In this document: positions 59,755 to 64,000 of the stretch, one piece after another
How the letters are laid out: each line of letters starts with the position of its first letter
Position numbering within the stretch: the first letter of the stretch is position 1
Position numbers and translations under genes: made by a program
Origin: Candidatus Hodarchaeota archaeon
GTDB lineage: Archaea > Asgardarchaeota > Lokiarchaeia > Sigyniarchaeales > SOKP01
NCBI GenBank assembly: GCA_048887225.1
Contig: JBHLJY010000012.1
Location: 10,710-74,709 of the forward strand
Direction: 5' to 3'
DNA length: 64,000 nucleotides
Notes under the pieces: model-generated
The model's input: the letters and a program-made list of their open reading frames with translations, nothing else
The model's database searches: none
Told to the model about the DNA's origin: nothing

Positions 59755-60858
59755 ATGGAAATTCCTGGAACTAAAGTTTTAAGAAGTAAGCAATTCACAG
59801 CTAAGATAATTAATTCAATTAATAAGAATATAAAGGAGATTAATAGGCCAATTAAAATAATGCATGTATGTGGTACCCATGAGCATACAATCTCAAAATA
59901 TGGATTAAGATCACTTTTACCGAAAGAAATAGAGATTGTTTCTGGACCTGGTTGTCCAGTATGTGTCTGTCCAGCAGCAGATATCGATAAAGCAATTGAA
60001 TTAGGTAAGCGGGACGATACAATAATTACAACTTTTGGTGATATGATAAGGGTACCAGCAACCAATATATCCCTTGCTGAACTTAAAGCAAGTGGATCCG
60101 ATATAAGAATAGTTTATGGTCCAAATGACGCTGTCAAGATTGCAAGAGAAAATCCAGAAAAAGAGATAATCTTTTTTGCTATAGGATTTGAAACTACCAT
60201 CCCTTTAACTGGATACGAAATAAAAAATAATCCTCCCTCAAATTTCTCTGTAATATGTGCACACAAGCTAATTCCTGCAGCTTTAGAATTATTAATGAGT
60301 ATTGATCGATTAAATATTAATGGATTTATATCGCCTGGTCACGTATCTACTATTATTGGCTTGAAACCATTTGAATTATTTTCTGATGCATATCGCGTTC
60401 CTAATGTTATTGCTGGTTTTGAACCCAATGATGTTCTACTCGCAATCTTGATGCTTCTCAAACAGGTTATAAATAAGCAATTCAAAACTTTAAATGAATA
60501 TTCGAGAGTAGTGAAACCAGAAGGAAATATAGTTGCACAAAAAGTTATTTCAGAAGTGTTTGAACCTGTTTCGTCTCCATGGAGGGGTATTGGAAGAATT
60601 CTTGATGGAGGACTGAAAATTAAAAAAAAATATAATAAATATGATGCTGATGAAAAATTCGATATAAGGATTGAAAAATCACGGGATATTCCTCCTGAAT
60701 GCTTATGCCATTTGGTAATGACGGGTAAATTGTATCCAAACGAATGTAAGCTATTTAGAAAAAGATGCACTCCTCTTAATCCGATTGGACCTTGTATGGT
60801 TTCGATGGAAGGAACATGTAGTATTTTTTATAAATATTATGGCAAAGATTCATTATAA
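59755..60858 (+). CDS. hypD: Hydrogenase maturation protein HypD
   Basis: MHVCGTHE, GPGCPVC, GFETT, PGHVS and GPCMVSMEGTC motifs. Confidence 0.97.
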   Translation: MEIPGTKVLRSKQFTAKIINSINKNIKEINRPIKIMHVCGTHEHTISKYGLRSLLPKEIEIVSGPGCPVCVCPAADIDKAIELGKRDDTIITTFGDMIRVPATNISLAELKASGSDIRIVYGPNDAVKIARENPEKEIIFFAIGFETTIPLTGYEIKNNPPSNFSVICAHKLIPAALELLMSIDRLNINGFISPGHVSTIIGLKPFELFSDAYRVPNVIAGFEPNDVLLAILMLLKQVINKQFKTLNEYSRVVKPEGNIVAQKVISEVFEPVSSPWRGIGRILDGGLKIKKKYNKYDADEKFDIRIEKSRDIPPECLCHLVMTGKLYPNECKLFRKRCTPLNPIGPCMVSMEGTCSIFYKYYGKDSL

Positions 60859-61006
60859 TTATAATTATTTTAAATTTTGATTAAATCAGAATTTTTTAAT
60901 ATCTTCCCAAATAAACTATCACATCCTAATTTTTTTTTATTAATTGGGAAATAGAATTTTAAATTAAAAAAACAAGAAAAAAAACATAAAAAAAAAGTGA
61001 ATTGAA

Positions 61007-62317
61007 ATGGTCAAAGTAGCATTTATGCAACTCTCAGATTGTTGGGGGTGCCACCAGAGCTTAGTAAATTTACATTTAAGTCTCTTACCGGTACTTCCTG
61101 CTCTTGAGATTGTATATTGGCCAGCTGTAGTCGATTTTAAACATGATTCTTTAGTAGCTAGAGCTGACGGAGAGATCATTGTAGGTTTTATCGAAGGTTC
61201 AATTAGAACTAAACAAGACTTAGAAAATGTTAAACTGATGAGACAAAAAAGTGCAATCATAGTAGTTTTTGGTTCTTGCGCTTGCTACGGTAATGTAGCT
61301 GGATTAGCCAACCAATGGGAGATTAGTGAATGCATTGATAGAAAATTCAATACGGTAGAGAGTAAAAGTTCTGGTGGTGGAGAGCCTATACAACATGTTC
61401 CTGGATTTGAATCAAAGATAGTAAACGTTGATGAAGTCATCAAGGTTGATGCTTATATGGCAGGATGCCCTCCAAAGCCAGAACATATTTTCAGTGCAGT
61501 AGGATTTTTACTAGGTCAAAAGCCATTCCCTATGAATGATCTTGCTTTTTGTAATGATTGTTCATTAAATCAATCGGGATGTCTCTTAGATGCTGGTAAA
61601 TTATGTTTTGGCCCAATTACCAGCATTGGCTGTTCGATGAAATGTCCTAATGCAGGTAATCCTTGTGTGGGATGTATGGGACCTGCTAAAACGGTTGCTG
61701 CCCGCGCTTTAAAGTTAAACGATATGACTAAAAACCTCGCTTCCGCAAGTTCCGGTGATATAAAGAGCACGTATGAATTTCTCACGTTATTTTTAAACGT
61801 GCCATTAATGGCGGGTTTTGACTTAGTAGGGGATATTCTAAAACAAGTAAAGAAGACGGGTGCTCCAACAACTCCATTAGCAAACTTACCACCTGATACA
61901 GAAACTATTGCTTCTAATATATTAGGATTTTTAAGGGGCAATCGAGACTTCACAGAGATCTCAAATGTTTGCGATACATGTGATAGGATTATCGGCAGTA
62001 AATCAACGATGACGAACGTGAAGAGAGATTATGAGGGGCTTCCAAATTTAGATGATTGTTTAATTGAACAAGGTTATATTTGTATGGGTCCCGTTACCAA
62101 AGCTGGCTGTGGTGCTTTATGTGTTCGGGTTAATGCTCCATGTACAGGTTGTTATGGCCAAACTGAATGGGGTGTTAATCAAGCAGAAAGGTTTGCTGAT
62201 ACGGTACTTAAAGGATTTAACGTAAGCTTATCTAAAGAAGCTTTACTTGCTCAGGTTAAAGATCCTATTGGTACTTTCGAGAAATTTACATTAGCATCAA
62301 GAAAAGGAGGCGTATAA
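61007..62317 (+). CDS. mvhG: MvhG/VhuG small subunit with a duplicated C-terminal Fe-S domain
   Basis: SDCWGC, EGSIR, GSCACYG and GCPP motifs; two C..C...CL...C.GP.T..GC...C...PC.GC blocks. Confidence 0.92.
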   Translation: MVKVAFMQLSDCWGCHQSLVNLHLSLLPVLPALEIVYWPAVVDFKHDSLVARADGEIIVGFIEGSIRTKQDLENVKLMRQKSAIIVVFGSCACYGNVAGLANQWEISECIDRKFNTVESKSSGGGEPIQHVPGFESKIVNVDEVIKVDAYMAGCPPKPEHIFSAVGFLLGQKPFPMNDLAFCNDCSLNQSGCLLDAGKLCFGPITSIGCSMKCPNAGNPCVGCMGPAKTVAARALKLNDMTKNLASASSGDIKSTYEFLTLFLNVPLMAGFDLVGDILKQVKKTGAPTTPLANLPPDTETIASNILGFLRGNRDFTEISNVCDTCDRIIGSKSTMTNVKRDYEGLPNLDDCLIEQGYICMGPVTKAGCGALCVRVNAPCTGCYGQTEWGVNQAERFADTVLKGFNVSLSKEALLAQVKDPIGTFEKFTLASRKGGV

Positions 62318-62321
62318 AAAA

Positions 62322-63626
62322 ATGGTCAAAGAAATAGAAGTAGAGCCCGTAACTCGATTAGAGGGGCATGGTGGATTAAGATTAACTTTAGGCGATGACG
62401 GAACTGTACAAGATGTTCAATTTAACATTCAATCAACAAGGTTTTTTGAAAAATTCCTTGAAGGGCGGTATATGGAACATGTTCCAAGAATAACTCCAAG
62501 AATTTGTGGAATTTGTCCAATACCACACCATTTAGCTCCAACTAAAGCTGTTGAAGATGCTTGGGGTGTTCAAATTCCTGAACCTGCAAGAAAATTAAGA
62601 CAACTCTTAATTAATGCCAAACAATATAGTTCTCACGCAATTCATTTTTATGCTCTTGCAGCACCTGATTTCTTATTAGGACCTATGGCAGATCCTGCTT
62701 TAAGAAATGTTGTGCATGTAATTAATCAGATGCCTGATGTTGGAGCGATGGCATTAAAAATGATGGATTTCGGACAAAAACTATGTGCTGCGATTGGTGG
62801 TAAATCTGTTCATCCAATTGTTGCTATTCCTGGAGGAATGAAAAAATCTTTGGATGAGGCTGTTCGAGATAAATTCATTAAAGAGATTGATAATCAAGTT
62901 GAATGGTCAAAAAAGACTGTAGAGATTGGATTAAAGGTTGTAGAAGATTATTGGGATGTCGTTGCTAATGTAGGAAATGTTCCTACATACTATGCGGGAA
63001 TGACTAAGAATGGTGTTCATGACATTTATGAAGGAGATATAAGAATTGTTTCTCCAGATGGAGAAAAATTTGACTATCCCCCCCAAAAATATTTGGATGC
63101 CTTAGGAGAACATATTCCTGAACACTCATACGCAACTCATATGTATTACAAACCTGCGGGATATCCTGATGGTATTTATCGTGCTAACACATTAGCAATG
63201 ATTAATGCCGCTGATAAAATGGCTACACCATTAGCTGATGAAGCATTGAAAGCAATGAGGGCTAAAATTGGTAATACCCCTCATTTCACCTTTGCATATC
63301 ACTGGGCTAGATTAATTGAATTAGTCGAATCTATTGAAATGATTGCAACCTTACTCCAAGACCCAGATATTGTAAATCCTGACTGTAAAACATTGGATGT
63401 TCAGCCAAGAGACGCAGATGGTGTAGGTTTAGTAGAAGCTCCACGAGGTCTTTTATTATACCACTTATTCTCTGATGCAGAAGGAATAGTTAAAAAGGCT
63501 AATCTCCTAGTAGCAACAAATCACAATATCGCAGGAATCGAGAAGACATTGATGCATGTAGCTAAACAAGTATTTGAAGACAAAGCATTAGAAGGACTTA
63601 AATTACCAGATCCATGGATAAAATAA
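62322..63626 (+). CDS. vhuA: VhuA-type hydrogenase large subunit lacking the C-terminal Ni-binding motif
   Basis: TRLEGHG, RICGICPIPH and EAPRG motifs; ends LPDPWIK with no DPCxxC. Confidence 0.9.
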   Translation: MVKEIEVEPVTRLEGHGGLRLTLGDDGTVQDVQFNIQSTRFFEKFLEGRYMEHVPRITPRICGICPIPHHLAPTKAVEDAWGVQIPEPARKLRQLLINAKQYSSHAIHFYALAAPDFLLGPMADPALRNVVHVINQMPDVGAMALKMMDFGQKLCAAIGGKSVHPIVAIPGGMKKSLDEAVRDKFIKEIDNQVEWSKKTVEIGLKVVEDYWDVVANVGNVPTYYAGMTKNGVHDIYEGDIRIVSPDGEKFDYPPQKYLDALGEHIPEHSYATHMYYKPAGYPDGIYRANTLAMINAADKMATPLADEALKAMRAKIGNTPHFTFAYHWARLIELVESIEMIATLLQDPDIVNPDCKTLDVQPRDADGVGLVEAPRGLLLYHLFSDAEGIVKKANLLVATNHNIAGIEKTLMHVAKQVFEDKALEGLKLPDPWIK

Positions 63627-63662
63627 TCTAAATCAAAATTAATATAGAGTGTGAAAAAAAAG

Positions 63663-63812
63663 ATGAGTGATATACCAGAAGGAGTAGTAAATGTCTTAGA
63701 AATGATAGTCCGCTGTTTTGACTGCTGACTATCGTGTGCCGCTCACATCACAGTTGTTGATGAGAATGGTAAAGAAATTTACTCTCGTGAGATGCATGTT
63801 GGTTTAGGATGA
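63663..63812 (+). CDS. vhuU: VhuU selenopeptide (49 aa, Sec at codon 22; not in ORF track)
   Basis: MSDIPEGVVNVLEMIVRCFDCULSCAAHITVVDENGKEIYSREMHVGLG. The UGA at 63726 occupies the first Cys of the DPCxxCxxH motif. Confidence 0.9.
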
Positions 63813-63834
63813 AATATCTAATAAAAATTATAGA

Positions 63835-63869
63835 TTGGATATGACTGCCCTCGCAAGGGTTAAAACCAA
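63835..63869 (+). promoter_or_regulatory. 3'-UTR hairpin after vhuU (SECIS candidate)
   Basis: UUGG-AUAUGACU-GCCCU-CGCA-AGGGU-UAAAA-CCAA stem/internal loop/stem. Confidence 0.55.
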
Positions 63870-63919
63870 CAAATATGGAAAAAATGAATTGGAAAAAACT
63901 CAAAAAAAAGTGAAAAAAA

Positions 63920-64000
63920 ATGACATTACCATTGGGTATAGATTTTGAATTTAGGAAACTTATAATGGATGTACATATTGGATCTGATAAAATTAAATAC
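63920..64000 (+). CDS. 5' end of a gene running off the window (possibly an HdrC-like Fe-S protein)
   Basis: MTLPLGIDFEFRKLIMDVHIGSDKIKY, open to the window end. Confidence 0.4.
   Translation, partial: MTLPLGIDFEFRKLIMDVHIGSDKIKY

Noticed and set aside
2851-61953. Numerous short antisense or alternate-frame ORFs in the track (e.g. 2851-3084, 14420-14818, 35026-35469, 60339-60770, 61570-61953)
   Set aside because: They overlap well-supported genes and have shadow-ORF composition.
1-64000. Genome-wide UGA reassignment (genetic code 4 or 25)
   Set aside because: TGA ends genes normally (e.g. 27545, 35557, 37917), and internal TGAs align only with Cys, not Trp or Gly.

Overview
AT-rich archaeal window, by inference from a Lokiarchaeia/Asgard-type anaerobe (methanogen-type Hdr/Mvh/Frh/Fwd genes, metFV, selenoproteins, a uDENN/longin-like ORF). 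It is a redox and C1-metabolism region: five HdrA-family genes, two hdrB, two hdrC, an hdrD-like gene, mvhD copies, three FrhB-family genes, two group-3c-like [NiFe] hydrogenases, hypDEF, metVF, an Mtd fusion, fwdA, lpdA, and purF/hisH/hisF. Four layers are missed by the ORF track. (1) Two frameshifting 31-32 nt inserts with bulge-helix-bulge geometry near the 5' ends of hdrB and hisF look like archaeal mRNA introns. (2) One hdrA has five in-frame UGA codons, all at conserved Cys positions (including UGA-UGA), and there is a VhuU selenopeptide; each has a structured 3' element. (3) Several redox enzymes are fused to DNA-binding domains (ArsR-HTH-HdrA-MvhD next to an unprocessed hydrogenase, FrhB-TrmB, wHTH-FrhB), and dense GATC clusters sit in the promoters of the redox operons. 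Together these suggest an H2/redox-sensing transcription system built from electron-bifurcation modules. (4) There are several unannotated microproteins. No rRNA, tRNA, CRISPR array or mobile element was recognised.
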